A stretch of DNA of 64,000 nt from Mayamaea pseudoterrestris (taxonomy: Eukaryota), in assembly GCA_027923505.1 (NCBI GenBank), contig BROI01000002.1, forward strand, positions 496,001 to 560,000, written 5' to 3'. The notes beneath the pieces are model-generated. The model searched no databases and had not been told where the DNA came from. It worked only from the letters and a program-made list of their open reading frames with translations. Made by a program: the position numbers and the translations under genes. Shown piece after piece: positions 1 through 10,048 of this stretch. Positions within the stretch are counted from its first letter, which is position 1. Each line of letters begins with the position of its first letter.

Positions 1-46
1 GCATCGGTCTCATTTTATCCATCGACGTCGCTGCAAAAATGTGACC

Positions 47-1465
47 ATGGCACAAACTTGCATTCAGCGACTTCCATCTGGAGCAGGCATGAACCATCCT
101 TCGCCAAACGATATTGTCAGTGATGATGAAGGAGAAGAGCTCGTGCTGGTCGCAATGAAAGAAATACATTTAGACAGCCAAAACGGCAACATCAGCGTAA
201 CGAACGCCTCTGAAACTGTCACTGATAATGCGCAGCATTTCGTTCTTCCGCCTTGTCCGGTCACAATCCTCAGCGGCTTTCTCGGCAGCGGCAAGACGAC
301 GCTCATTAGCTACATTTTAAAGTCGCCAGATCATGGGAAACGGATTGCTGTCATTGAGAACGAATTTGGAGACGGCCTCGACGTTGAATCCATGATTGCG
401 CGCGATGGTTCGCAAAACAATGCCAGTCTTCAGGAACTGATCGAGTTACCAAATGGATGCGTTTGCTGCACTGTCAAGGATTCTTTGGTGTCTTGTCTTG
501 AAAATTTGATTACGAAACGCAAGGATCTGGATTATATTCTAATTGAATGTTCCGGAATGGCGAATCCCGGTCCGATCGCGAGCTTGTTTTGGTTGGATGA
601 TGCTCTCGAGTCAAGGCTGCGCCTGGACGGCATTGTCACCTTGGTGGACGCCAAGCATATAAAGCAGCAGTTACAAGAAACGGAGGAAGCGGCGCAGCAA
701 ATTGCGTTTGCGGATCGAGTGCTTCTGAACAAGACGGATCTTGTCGAGTCGACGAGTGAGGTGCGAGTCGCGATTGAAAAAATACACCCCACAGCTAACA
801 TAAAAGAGACGACTTATTCGCAGGTCCCAGATCTTGACTGGATATTGGACGCCAACTGCTACTCGGCGGATCGTTTGGAGGAACTGGAGCGTGCATCCGG
901 TGCGTTGCATGCAGGTCAACATCATGGCAGCAATGGGCACCATCACTCGCATGACCACGATGATGCAGCTTGTAGCATTTGCATGACACATGGCCATCGA
1001 CATACATCCGATATATCAACCATATCGCTGGTAGAGTCTGGAACCATTGTTTTGATACGCCTTGACCGGTGGCTGGGCTCGATTCTTTGGCCCAATCAGG
1101 ATGAGCAAGTAAGCAGCTCGGATGATGGTTCCAAAGGCAAGTATTCCTCTAATACTAGCCAGCAAGTCTCAGCGCATTTCAAACAAACAGGTCCACAAAT
1201 CTATCGCATCAAGGGTATACTATCTGTCAAGCACTGTCACGGCTACGATCACGAAGATGAAAGTTCCGAGTACATTGATGCGGCAACTGGAATCGATTCG
1301 AGGCGACACATTGTCCAAGCCGTGCATGACTTGTGGGAAGTTCGTCCAGCAAGTGATGCTTTGCAATGGAGCAAAAACGAGGAACGAGTCTGCAAGCTTG
1401 TCGTGATTGGGAAGCGCTTGGAGAAGGAGAACTTGCGGAAAGGGTTTCGAGCGTGCTTTGATTAA
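47..1465 (+). CDS. COG0523/CobW-family G3E GTPase metallochaperone (ZNG1/CBWD-like), copy 1
   Basis: GFLGSGKTT Walker A, IENEFG, GCVCC (CxCC) metal motif, ECSG, NKTD, His-rich insert and CobW_C-like C-terminus (YRIKG...LVVIGK). First visible ATG at 47. Confidence 0.92.
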   Translation: MAQTCIQRLPSGAGMNHPSPNDIVSDDEGEELVLVAMKEIHLDSQNGNISVTNASETVTDNAQHFVLPPCPVTILSGFLGSGKTTLISYILKSPDHGKRIAVIENEFGDGLDVESMIARDGSQNNASLQELIELPNGCVCCTVKDSLVSCLENLITKRKDLDYILIECSGMANPGPIASLFWLDDALESRLRLDGIVTLVDAKHIKQQLQETEEAAQQIAFADRVLLNKTDLVESTSEVRVAIEKIHPTANIKETTYSQVPDLDWILDANCYSADRLEELERASGALHAGQHHGSNGHHHSHDHDDAACSICMTHGHRHTSDISTISLVESGTIVLIRLDRWLGSILWPNQDEQVSSSDDGSKGKYSSNTSQQVSAHFKQTGPQIYRIKGILSVKHCHGYDHEDESSEYIDAATGIDSRRHIVQAVHDLWEVRPASDALQWSKNEERVCKLVVIGKRLEKENLRKGFRACFD

Positions 1466-1687
1466 CTTTTACTGTGGACAATAAATTATCAGACGATCGG
1501 ACAAACAACATCATGACTACATGGCAACAGTTGGACTGTATTTAATGCAGAGTTTCAGCAGCAGCGGGTGAAACTCCTCAACAGATTTGTTTAAAGTGAC
1601 GATTAAGAAGTGTTTATATTTATACTTCTAGCTTGCCCAAGCATATTCTGTGGCGGCGAGACAACTGCACGTTACTTTTTGCACTCA

Positions 1688-2752
1688 TCAATGGTTTAAT
1701 TTCTTTACATAGTAGCTAATGTTAGCCGAGTTTCCCGCCCAGAATGGCCGCCAGCGAAATCCAGCATCCTTGTATCCCAGGCTTGCGTAAAGTTTCACAG
1801 CCGCCTCATTGTCCGGATCAACGTGAAGGTAAAGCCGGGATGCCTTCCAACGCGTCGCTGCAATGGACTCGACACACTGTACCAGCGCTCGACCAATACC
1901 CTTTCCGCGAATCGTTTCGTCCACGGCAAGGTTGCTCAAGTAAGGTTGCAAAATGTCATTTTGATGCGAGTCACGGCCTATTCCAAACGTTTTTGCAAGC
2001 CGACGTTCCAAAGCGTCAAGCCATGGCAGTGAAAAAGGAATCTTGGCATCGCATACCTGCAGCTGCAGTTCAACCGTTCCAATCACATCCATATCCTGCC
2101 ATTCGCCACTGCTTGCTTGAATTGCGAGTGGCTCCTTCGTCCGCCCAAGTACCAGGACAATGGCATAACTCGCTGCTGCTTTTACTTGATCGGCCGCGGG
2201 CGTCCCTTCAAGTCTTGGCGGTGGCGACAAGCCAATTGTTTGTGTTGATGGTGATTGCGGTGTTTGTTGTTTGTCAAGGTGCAATCGCCCACTCAACCTT
2301 TGTCGCAGGCCAGCCAATACTTCGGCAAACGCCACCAATGCAGAGTAGCCATTGACGGCATCCACGGCGGGTTGCAGCAGCATTCGTTCAATTGAAGTTG
2401 AGCTCCATGCAGCTTGACTGACGCGAATCACTTCCGCCCCAAAGGTTGACACGACAAACCGAGCAACATTTGGCAAGTCCTTCTCCTCGGCCAAACCCAG
2501 TTGGTAGACGATTCCATCCTCGGCACAGTAGCAGCCATTCTCGTCAAATACACTTAATGTTCGACTTGTAGAGTTTATAGCTGTATCTTGGCCTTCTACG
2601 AGAGTAAATTCGTTGAGGAAGTTGCTGATTGGAATGAGCGGCAGAGTAATCCTCGTTGCCGGCTTGGTCGCTGGAGAAATGCTTCGTTGTAAGGCTAGAT
2701 GGCTCGATAGAAAGCAAACCAGTAGGTCGATTAGCAACCTGTCATGTCTCAT
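1688..2752 (-). CDS. GNAT-family acetyltransferase, copy 1
   Basis: C-terminal YLSNLAVDETIRGKGIGRALV (acetyl-CoA motif A) and LHVDPDNEAAVKLYASLGY; hydrophobic N-terminus. Confidence 0.85.
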   Translation of the reverse strand: MRHDRLLIDLLVCFLSSHLALQRSISPATKPATRITLPLIPISNFLNEFTLVEGQDTAINSTSRTLSVFDENGCYCAEDGIVYQLGLAEEKDLPNVARFVVSTFGAEVIRVSQAAWSSTSIERMLLQPAVDAVNGYSALVAFAEVLAGLRQRLSGRLHLDKQQTPQSPSTQTIGLSPPPRLEGTPAADQVKAAASYAIVLVLGRTKEPLAIQASSGEWQDMDVIGTVELQLQVCDAKIPFSLPWLDALERRLAKTFGIGRDSHQNDILQPYLSNLAVDETIRGKGIGRALVQCVESIAATRWKASRLYLHVDPDNEAAVKLYASLGYKDAGFRWRPFWAGNSANISYYVKKLNH

Positions 2753-3072
2753 ACTGTGTACAATTTACACAAACTTGTTTGCCTCACTTGCGCGAAAGAG
2801 CTGATGGTTCATCGCATTGATCATGGTCAACAATCGCTCTCCGGTTCATCCTTCACATCACTGTGACGTAGAAAGTGCCTTCCAAGAACTTTGAAATTTC
2901 AGTTTCTCGTTTACTGTGAAGCAAACTGTGTTATTTAAGAACTTTGATACTGTTTCTACCATAGCCCCTGTCAGAACCGCTGCGATACCGGTCGATGGAC
3001 GACAACCGCACACATCAACGCGCTGACTGCATTGCGGGATCTCGGCTCCATTGCGACGAAACAATTGAAGGA

Positions 3073-4344
3073 ATGTCGACTGTTCTGGCTCGATTGCTAC
3101 TGTCGCGCCTCTCATTGACATCCCGGCGATGCGGGGGTATTACGGCGCCAATAAGATTCACTGAAACACAATGGTGGCAGCATAGTCATGCAGCAACAAC
3201 GAACGTTCGCTTCTTTGGACGAGACAAGGATACGCACGACGTTGATGACTTGTTTGTCTCGCCGGAGGACCAGGATGGAGACCCTGATGCCATAGTGATT
3301 CCGCCGGAATTGTCGAGCAAGCCGAGTCTATCGATCGTTCCAGATATTGAGGAAGATCCGTTTGGCGTTCACTTTGACGATGGTCCAGAGCAAGGCAAGG
3401 TTGGAAAGACGCTTCCGCCGCGTTATAAGCGCGACGCAACGACTGGTCGATTGACGGGTGACATTGAAAAGGAATTGACAGAGGAGGAGAAGCGAATCCT
3501 CAAGGCTGATTTGCTGGAAAAGGATCAGATACTCCTTGATCGCATGGAGCAACATTGGAAACAGCAAGGCACCGACGAGAGCGGCATGCCCAAGGAACTG
3601 TTTGCCATGGGCCGACGGGTCCGCGATGCGGAGATTGGGCTGAACGTTATGGGTCGAAGTGTCAAGGCGCAAGCATCCGAGGAGGAGCTTGACGATGGCT
3701 CCACTCTTGGCCGGGACGAGTCTGGATTTACGCAAAACCTGACCAAGGAAGAATTTGAATCACTTTCAAAATTTATGGAGAGCCAGTTTGACACGGAAAT
3801 ATCCGAGGATGACATTCCGGTTCAAGCTAGTCAGAAACGTTCTGCTGCGGCGCCGCAGCAGCAGCAGCAAGACGAAGAGACCGTGGATCCAGATGAGCTT
3901 GCCCTGTCGCTAAAATGGCTGTCTACTCGAGCGCGGCGCGAAATGGACGACTCGCTCGATGATAACCCATACTCCGACTTGATGCCTGGTGATTTAAGTC
4001 CAACGAGACTTGTCAATCGCAAGCGGGCCAAGCCGGTGCCAACCAAGTTACTGCATCACAACAATATTGAGCTGCTGAGGCGTTTCCTGACCCCGACGGG
4101 GCAAGTTATGAATCGTGTCCAGACTCGATTGGGAGCTAGAGATCAACGGCGCGTCGCCAAACTGATCAAACGATCCAGAGCGCTTGGTCTGTTGCCGTAT
4201 GCGGGACAAATCAAGGTGGAAACCCATGGCTGGAAGCATGCGTCCGACATTCACGAGGACCGACCGTGGGAGAAGGAGCTTGTACGTCGAGGCTTGGTCA
4301 TTAAACGGACGCGAGACACAGTCGATAGTAGTGACATTAAGTAA
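3073..4344 (+). CDS. Mitochondrial ribosomal protein S18-domain protein with long N-terminal extension, copy 1
   Basis: C-terminal NIELLRRFLTPTGQVMNRVQTRLGARDQRRVAKLIKRSRALGLLPY fits bS18. Arg/Ser/Leu-rich transit-like N-terminus from ATG 3073; an in-frame ATG also exists at 2995. Confidence 0.85.
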   Translation: MSTVLARLLLSRLSLTSRRCGGITAPIRFTETQWWQHSHAATTNVRFFGRDKDTHDVDDLFVSPEDQDGDPDAIVIPPELSSKPSLSIVPDIEEDPFGVHFDDGPEQGKVGKTLPPRYKRDATTGRLTGDIEKELTEEEKRILKADLLEKDQILLDRMEQHWKQQGTDESGMPKELFAMGRRVRDAEIGLNVMGRSVKAQASEEELDDGSTLGRDESGFTQNLTKEEFESLSKFMESQFDTEISEDDIPVQASQKRSAAAPQQQQQDEETVDPDELALSLKWLSTRARREMDDSLDDNPYSDLMPGDLSPTRLVNRKRAKPVPTKLLHHNNIELLRRFLTPTGQVMNRVQTRLGARDQRRVAKLIKRSRALGLLPYAGQIKVETHGWKHASDIHEDRPWEKELVRRGLVIKRTRDTVDSSDIK

Positions 4345-4448
4345 GATGCATACGGTTATGTCGTCTCTTTTGCCTATGTTACTGGACGTCGTCACTAGGC
4401 TCAGAGCTGAATCGGACTACCTACCGGATAGGCAGACGCGCCGTCGGT

Positions 4449-5962
4449 TTAGACTGCAGCGGTCTGGCCGACTGGAAACTCATCATCATCAAGGATGACT
4501 GGCTGGTTAAGACTTGTGATAGGCGAAGATGAAGCAAAGTAATCTTCGAGCGAGAATGTTTCTGGAGCAAATGGATTTGGAGTAAACGCACAGAGGGAGC
4601 TGGCGGGAGTTTCGTAGAGATCTTTTCGTGAATCCACTTCCTGCGCGATTGCAGCCGAATTATATCCCGCTCCAATGTCGTTCGTTGAGTATCCCGCTGG
4701 CGTGTACAACACATCCAACACTGCGGTATGAGTATCATTGGCGGGAGTATAGTGACATTTCTGCGATTCAGTGCTCGGCGACATGGGCATTTGAAGTAAC
4801 TCTTCCATGGTCAAGTTATACGAGAGCGGAAAGAAGCGGTTTTTACCAAAGATTCTTGAGGCATGTGCTGCAAGAGGCTCACTTCGATGATTGCTGCGAA
4901 GCTTGACAGTGCCCTTCTCGAACGGTGGCGAAAAAACTGGTGTTATCGTCTTTCTTTTCAGATAGTTCGCAGGGACTTGGAGCAAGGCAACTTCAGCAAG
5001 AGTCGAGTTGCGGAGAAACTTTCCTGGCGATTTATGTCGGGCGATCTTGGTGATTAGTGGATAATTGGTACGGCAACGTTGAATCCAAGGTTCATCGGGG
5101 TTGGTGTAGAGACGCTTGATTGTGAATCCGAGAGCATTCAGCAGACGATGGAAGGAGCGGAACTGAACTGGAAAGCCATATGCCTTCATAATTTTCGCAA
5201 ATTGGACCTTGGTTTTTGTGTGATCAGTAACCAAAAATGCATCGCCATCATCCGTCCATTGCATTATTTCAGGCTGGGCGACTGACATGTCCGTCACCAT
5301 GCGCCATAGTCGAACCCCAGTAGGCATCACCTCATTATCAAATACATCACTTGTCGTACAGGGTGTCACGACTCCATTCTTGCGACTTGGTGCACGAGGC
5401 AACTGGGCATGCTCCTGTTCAACATTCTCTTTCGCATTGGCGGCGAAGTGTTCAAGACAGTTGAGCAGTGACGGCGACATGACTGCCGAGAGCGGCGTCA
5501 ATTGAGTAGAGCTATCGAGCTTCCATGACAATGGCGTGAGCGAATTAGGATCACGATTGGAAAGTGTGTCATTTGGCCCTGATCTTTTGGTAATGGCTCG
5601 CCGAGCAGGTGTGTTCACGACGAACGAGTCGATCGCCGCATGCACCTGCGGGGAATAGTTGCGGAAGCACAAACTCTTGTTAGTTGATTCAAATGACGCT
5701 CATCCAACGCACATATTCCTAGTAGCTGTCGACTCACTGGATTCATTCCGGATCCGACGGGTGGCAAGTTCTCGAGACAAGCCGTCCAATTGCCGGTGTC
5801 ATTTTCGGTCATGCGGCCAGGTGACGACGCGATAAAAGGGAACACCCCTGTCGACCATGCTGCATTCGGAGGGCTCGGAGACTTACTTGGAGTAGCAATC
5901 TTCATTCTGTGTTGGATAGAGAGTGTCATTGTGTCAGATGATGAGTTTGCGAATGCAGCCAT
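4449..5962 (-). CDS. HSF-type DNA-binding-domain protein, copy 1 (exons 5962-5738, 5645-4449)
   Basis: LWRMVTD...IMQWTDDGDAF...FRSFHRLLNALGF is a divergent HSF DBD. A GTGAGT...GCAG intron at 5737-5646 joins two ORFs in frame. Start codon uncertain. Confidence 0.7.
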
Positions 5963-6265
5963 CACGAAAGCATGATGGATCTTCTCGCAGCTTTTCGTCG
6001 CGACGTACCTGACGGTCCAAATCCGAAAATATCGTTCCAAATTTGTCGTATTATTCACTCTGCTATATCGGAGATATTTAGCTTGCTAATTGACCGAAGT
6101 GGGAGGAGGAACAATCTATAAATCAACGCCCAGATGCACCATGGTCGGATTGTCATTTATTTTTGCATCGGATCGGCGCGGGACCCAGCTGTTTCGCATG
6201 GGTAACGGTAGGACATATTTTGACGTCATCAAGCGCGCGACGAAAGGTCTGCTTTCATTTCGACC

Positions 6266-7650
6266 ATGAGCGGTGCCGCTGAACAGCACGCTCAAGGCGG
6301 CTCATTGCTGCTGAACCAGCCTGTCATCTTTGACAATGGGAGTTCAACCATCAAAGCTGGGTTTGCTGGTTCGTCCAAGCCAAAGGTAGGGAAACTGTAG
6401 GCAAATGCAGAAATGATGGCGACTTTTCTGTGCTTCGAGCCTTCGAATGAAGTACAGCTTTGTTTAAATTTCAGTTCTTTATAGAGTATCTGCTCATTTA
6501 TCGTCTTATTCAATTACCAGGTTGTCCTTGGAACCAAGGTGGGTCGCTCCAAGCATTTGCGCATCATGCCTGGCGGTGCGCTAGAGCAGGAAGGCTCGTC
6601 CATCTACGTTGGACAGAAGCTTGACGAACACCGGGGTGCTTTCCTACTCGAATACCCAATGGACAAGGGAGCTGTTCTTGATAGCGGATGGGACGCAATG
6701 GAGGCTCTTTGGGAGGTAAGCTTCGAGAGTATGCTTGGTATTGCTTATTCAGGCAGGCTCGTGTTCACTTTGTCCTTCTTAATCCTTCATAGCATGTCTA
6801 TTCGAAACATTGTCTCAACGCCAAACAAGAGGAGCATCCAATCTTGATGACGGAAGCTCCACTCAATCCACGTCGCAATAGGGACAGGACAGCGGAAATT
6901 ATGTTTGAGACGATTCGTGCTCCAGCGCTCTACTTTACGCCTCCTTCAGTCCTTTCCTTGTATGCATCGGGCCGCACCACCGGAGTGGTTTTGGATGTAG
7001 GAGACACTGTCGCACATGCCGTGCCTGTCTATGAGGGCTTCGCACTGCAGCATTCTATATCACGCAGCGACATTGCTGGTCGAGACGTGACGCGAGAGTT
7101 GCAGCTGCAGTTGCGCAAGGCAGGGCTTACTTTTACAACAACTGCCGAAGCTGACTTGGCCAGAATTATCAAGGAGGAGACATGCTTTTTGACCCCGACA
7201 CCCACGGATGAAGGCACTGAAAAGGAATCCAAAATACAATACCAGCTTCCTGATGGTTTGGTTGTGAATCTTAGCTCAGAGAGACACTCGGCACCGAGTT
7301 TGCTGTTCGATCCGTCGATTATTGGATCCGAAGAACCTGGCGCTTCAGACATTCTTGTCAACTCAATTATGAAGAGTGACATTGATCTTCGAGCAAAGCT
7401 CTACTCTCAGATCGTTTTGGCTGGAGGCTCGACGCTCACGCCACGCTTTGGAGATCGTTTGCTGTACGATCTACGAGTCCGTTCGCCAGCCCACACTCGC
7501 ATACGAATCTCCGCACCGCCAGAACGATTGTATTCCTGTTACGTTGGAGGGTCTATCCTTGCGAGTCTGGCGACATTCAAGTGTATGTGGGTGTCAAGGG
7601 AAGAGTATGAGGAGCATGGAAGCAAGATTCTGCACCGTAAGGATTTCTAA
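6266..7650 (+). CDS. ARP1: Actin-related protein 1 (centractin), copy 1 (exons 6266-6385, 6521-6715, 6793-7650)
   Basis: IFDNGSSTIKAGFAG, MTEAPLNPRRNR, YASGRTTGVVLDVGD and RISAPPERLYS..GGSILASL..FK.MWVSREEY (ARP1-like C-terminus). Two GT-AG introns restore the frame. Confidence 0.85.
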
Positions 7651-7727
7651 TAATTAAGCTTTGTCCAGTCAGTTCTCTCATACCATCTACTTTAATTAAA
7701 AATAGATTTGTTATTGACATAAATCAG

Positions 7728-8673
7728 TTATCGTACACCTTTTAACCAGTCCGATTGAAACGCGCTAAGCGCAGTTGCCCTCTTCTCCGGATCAAAATCA
7801 AGCAAGGTCACCACGAAATCATTGACCGCGACAGCCTCTTCTCTAGGGAAGTGGTACTTTTCCATAAGAACTTCTTGCATGGGCCAAAACTTGAGCTGTT
7901 TGATTCGTTTCAAATTTCCTTTCTTGTCAAAAAAGGTCTTTGCGTACTTGCCCTCCAAAGCGAGACGCTTCGGCATCTTGCCCAGCAGCTCCTGAAACAT
8001 GGCGAGATGATCTTCGTCTCGGTCATAATCTTCCCCGGCGCGAGGATCAAATAGAAGGTCTCCCGTCAGCAACTCAAAAATCATGCAACCAAGCGACCAT
8101 ATATCTGCTGCGGTGTCGTACTTGCTGCCTATGATAACTTCAGGCGCTCGATATTGGCGCGTCTGGATGTCTTCGCTAAAATGACGATGAGTCCAGCAAG
8201 CATTTCCTAAATCAACTATAACAGTCCGACATTTCATCAACATGTCCGTGTTTTTTAGATCAGGCGTTTGGTTGGTCAATCGAGCTGCAGAGCTAGCCGA
8301 AGTGTCTCTTGATGAGGGTGCAGTGGATGGTTCGTTCTCCGTCAGTGCCTTCTTCACCCCTTCGTAAAAACCGGCTCCGACATCCGAGAAAGAGCGCCTT
8401 GTTGCTCGTTCGTCGTCTGACGCAACCAAGGTGGCAATGTCGGTAGTTGGCTCCAAGCCAGTTAGCGCTTTTACTCGGTCATGAAGCGAGTTACGGGCTT
8501 GCCACCATCCTTGCACTTTCTCGCACGTCAACTCCAACAGCGGTTGAGCAACTTCAGTAGTGAGATCCGGTGAGTAGCAATCAAGCAGGCGGAGGTCGTA
8601 GCCAAAGATGGAAGCACCATAGTCACATTGGTCCATGTCCACAGGTTTTATTCTCATAACCATCGGGTGGTCA
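7728..8673 (-). pseudogene. 5'-truncated SRPK copy (end of spacer plus kinase subdomains VII-XI only), fused to antisense Copia sequence
   Basis: Identical to 27567..28512. It retains DLGNACW and QTRQYRAPE but lacks the N-lobe and HTDLKPEN. Confidence 0.9.
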
Positions 8674-9067
8674 TTCGGTACTTCTTTGTGAAGGATCGCG
8701 TGGCTGCTGGTGAAGTCAACATTGAGCATTGCCCGACCGGAGACATGGTCGCGGATTTCTTTACGAAACCATTGCAGGGAGCCCAGTTTGGAAAGCTCCG
8801 CAACCTGGTTATGAATCTGGCCTCGAGCAGTAAATACTACTCGGACCAAAGGAGTGTGTTGAGCATGGATGAGAACCCAAACCGAAGCGACAGCGGTGAC
8901 GTCACGAAGACGGTCACGTTTAAGTAAGCGCGGTAAGCGGCAACCGAAGGAGTGGATCGAGGACGATCACTTCTTGGAGAAAATAAGTAAAGTGGTTTTA
9001 TTGACTCTGTTCTGCTTAATCATTAGTGTCGCTTCAAGGGCGCGCAAGATATATTCTAGATCCAACA
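8674..9067 (+). mobile_element. 3' fragment of a Ty1/Copia LTR retrotransposon (RNase H C-terminus, PPT, 3' LTR)
   Basis: Translates as IRYFFVKDRVAAGEVNIEHCPTGDMVADFFTKPLQGAQFGKLRNLVMN, the Copia RNase H end (IRY..V.D...ADxFTKPL). Followed by AAAGGAGTG (8848-8856, PPT-like) and then TGTTG. Confidence 0.9.
8857..9067 (+). repeat. Putative 211-bp LTR
   Basis: Begins TGTTG immediately after the PPT-like tract and ends CAACA (9063-9067), giving a 5-bp terminal inverted repeat. No second copy in the window. Confidence 0.75.
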
Positions 9068-9148
9068 CTTGGAAACACTTCTTGTTCGACGAGACCATGT
9101 CGTACAATATATAAATCACGAGGCAAGTCGATTCGATCTGCTCGAGTC

Positions 9149-9784
9149 ATGAAATCGTCACCAAATGGCTCAACGAAGAAGGATGATTTGTTATCGCCGA
9201 GACGCAGAGTTGCATTCTCGCCTTCGAGCCAGCAACGATGGCGAAGGCCCCTCCTCATCGGCATACTGATCGGAGCTGCCATGACGACGTGCATCCAGTC
9301 CATCATCTGGTCGATTCGACATGCCAATGAATCATCCAAAAGTATGTCTTCCTTGTTGATGGCCTTGGAGGAATCCAAACAAAAACATTTACGGTTGACG
9401 CGACGAGCAGCGGAAGACTCGCCATATCGACGACGCCGACGCGCACTGCCATTGTCACGACACGACGAGAGCGTCAAAAAGATACACACGAAAGCAAACA
9501 ATGCAACATACAATAACGAAACAGTAACAGACGAGTCTGCTCCTGACGACGATGACTTGTTGAAGAAGCTTCGAGCATCATCAGTGCACCTTCAAATACA
9601 ACATGGACGCGTAACCACGTCCTTTCAGCAGCGCATGGCGGCGCACCAGGAACGATTGCGGCTCGTGCGAGAGCAGCAGCAGCGAAACGTTGCGGAAAAC
9701 TACGGCCAAAGTAGTAGTAGTGACCAAGCTATTTTCGTACTGGCGAGCAGAGCAATGGAAGCACTCGTTCGTGTACACAAGTAA
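9149..9784 (+). CDS. Hypothetical single-pass membrane protein
   Basis: Open frame from ATG 9149 with one hydrophobic segment (PLLIGILIGAAMTTCIQSIIW). ATATATAAAT about 35-40 bp upstream. Confidence 0.6.
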   Translation: MKSSPNGSTKKDDLLSPRRRVAFSPSSQQRWRRPLLIGILIGAAMTTCIQSIIWSIRHANESSKSMSSLLMALEESKQKHLRLTRRAAEDSPYRRRRRALPLSRHDESVKKIHTKANNATYNNETVTDESAPDDDDLLKKLRASSVHLQIQHGRVTTSFQQRMAAHQERLRLVREQQQRNVAENYGQSSSSDQAIFVLASRAMEALVRVHK

Positions 9785-10048
9785 AATGGGAGAAAACGCC
9801 ATGCAGAACTTGTGCGTACGAAAGCTTTGACTCAAACGTCGTATTTCCTCAATGCGCCTGCCTCGCCGATGCATGTCCGCAAGATTCACCTTTACTGCTT
9901 AATGGTTTGCGCCTTTGCGGGCTACGGTACGACTGACTGTAAGAATAATTGCTTGTCAAACGCAACATAATATAATTCGTGGTAAAAAAGTGTAGTAAGA
10001 CGTTTCATATCCCATGTGGAGCAAGTGCTTGTATCAATAACATGGCGC

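Larger units (their letters stand above)
1..8673 (+). repeat. Segmental direct duplication, copy 1 (left end runs off the window)
   Basis: Matches 19840..28512 at a constant offset of 19,839. The ORF-track translations are identical and spot-checked intergenic sequence is identical. Identity stops after ...CATCGGGTGGTCA (8673/28512). Confidence 0.97.

Noticed and set aside
47..4344. COG0523 near an S18 gene, recalling bacterial Zur-regulated clusters (possible HGT or operon)
   Set aside because: The S18 has a mitochondrial-type presequence and long extension, an opposite-strand gene lies between them, and neighbours contain spliceosomal introns. No operon evidence.
8628..8927. Plus-strand 99-aa ORF as a standalone gene
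   Set aside because: It is antisense SRPK plus the Copia RNase H tail, has a non-ATG start, and is explained by the junction.
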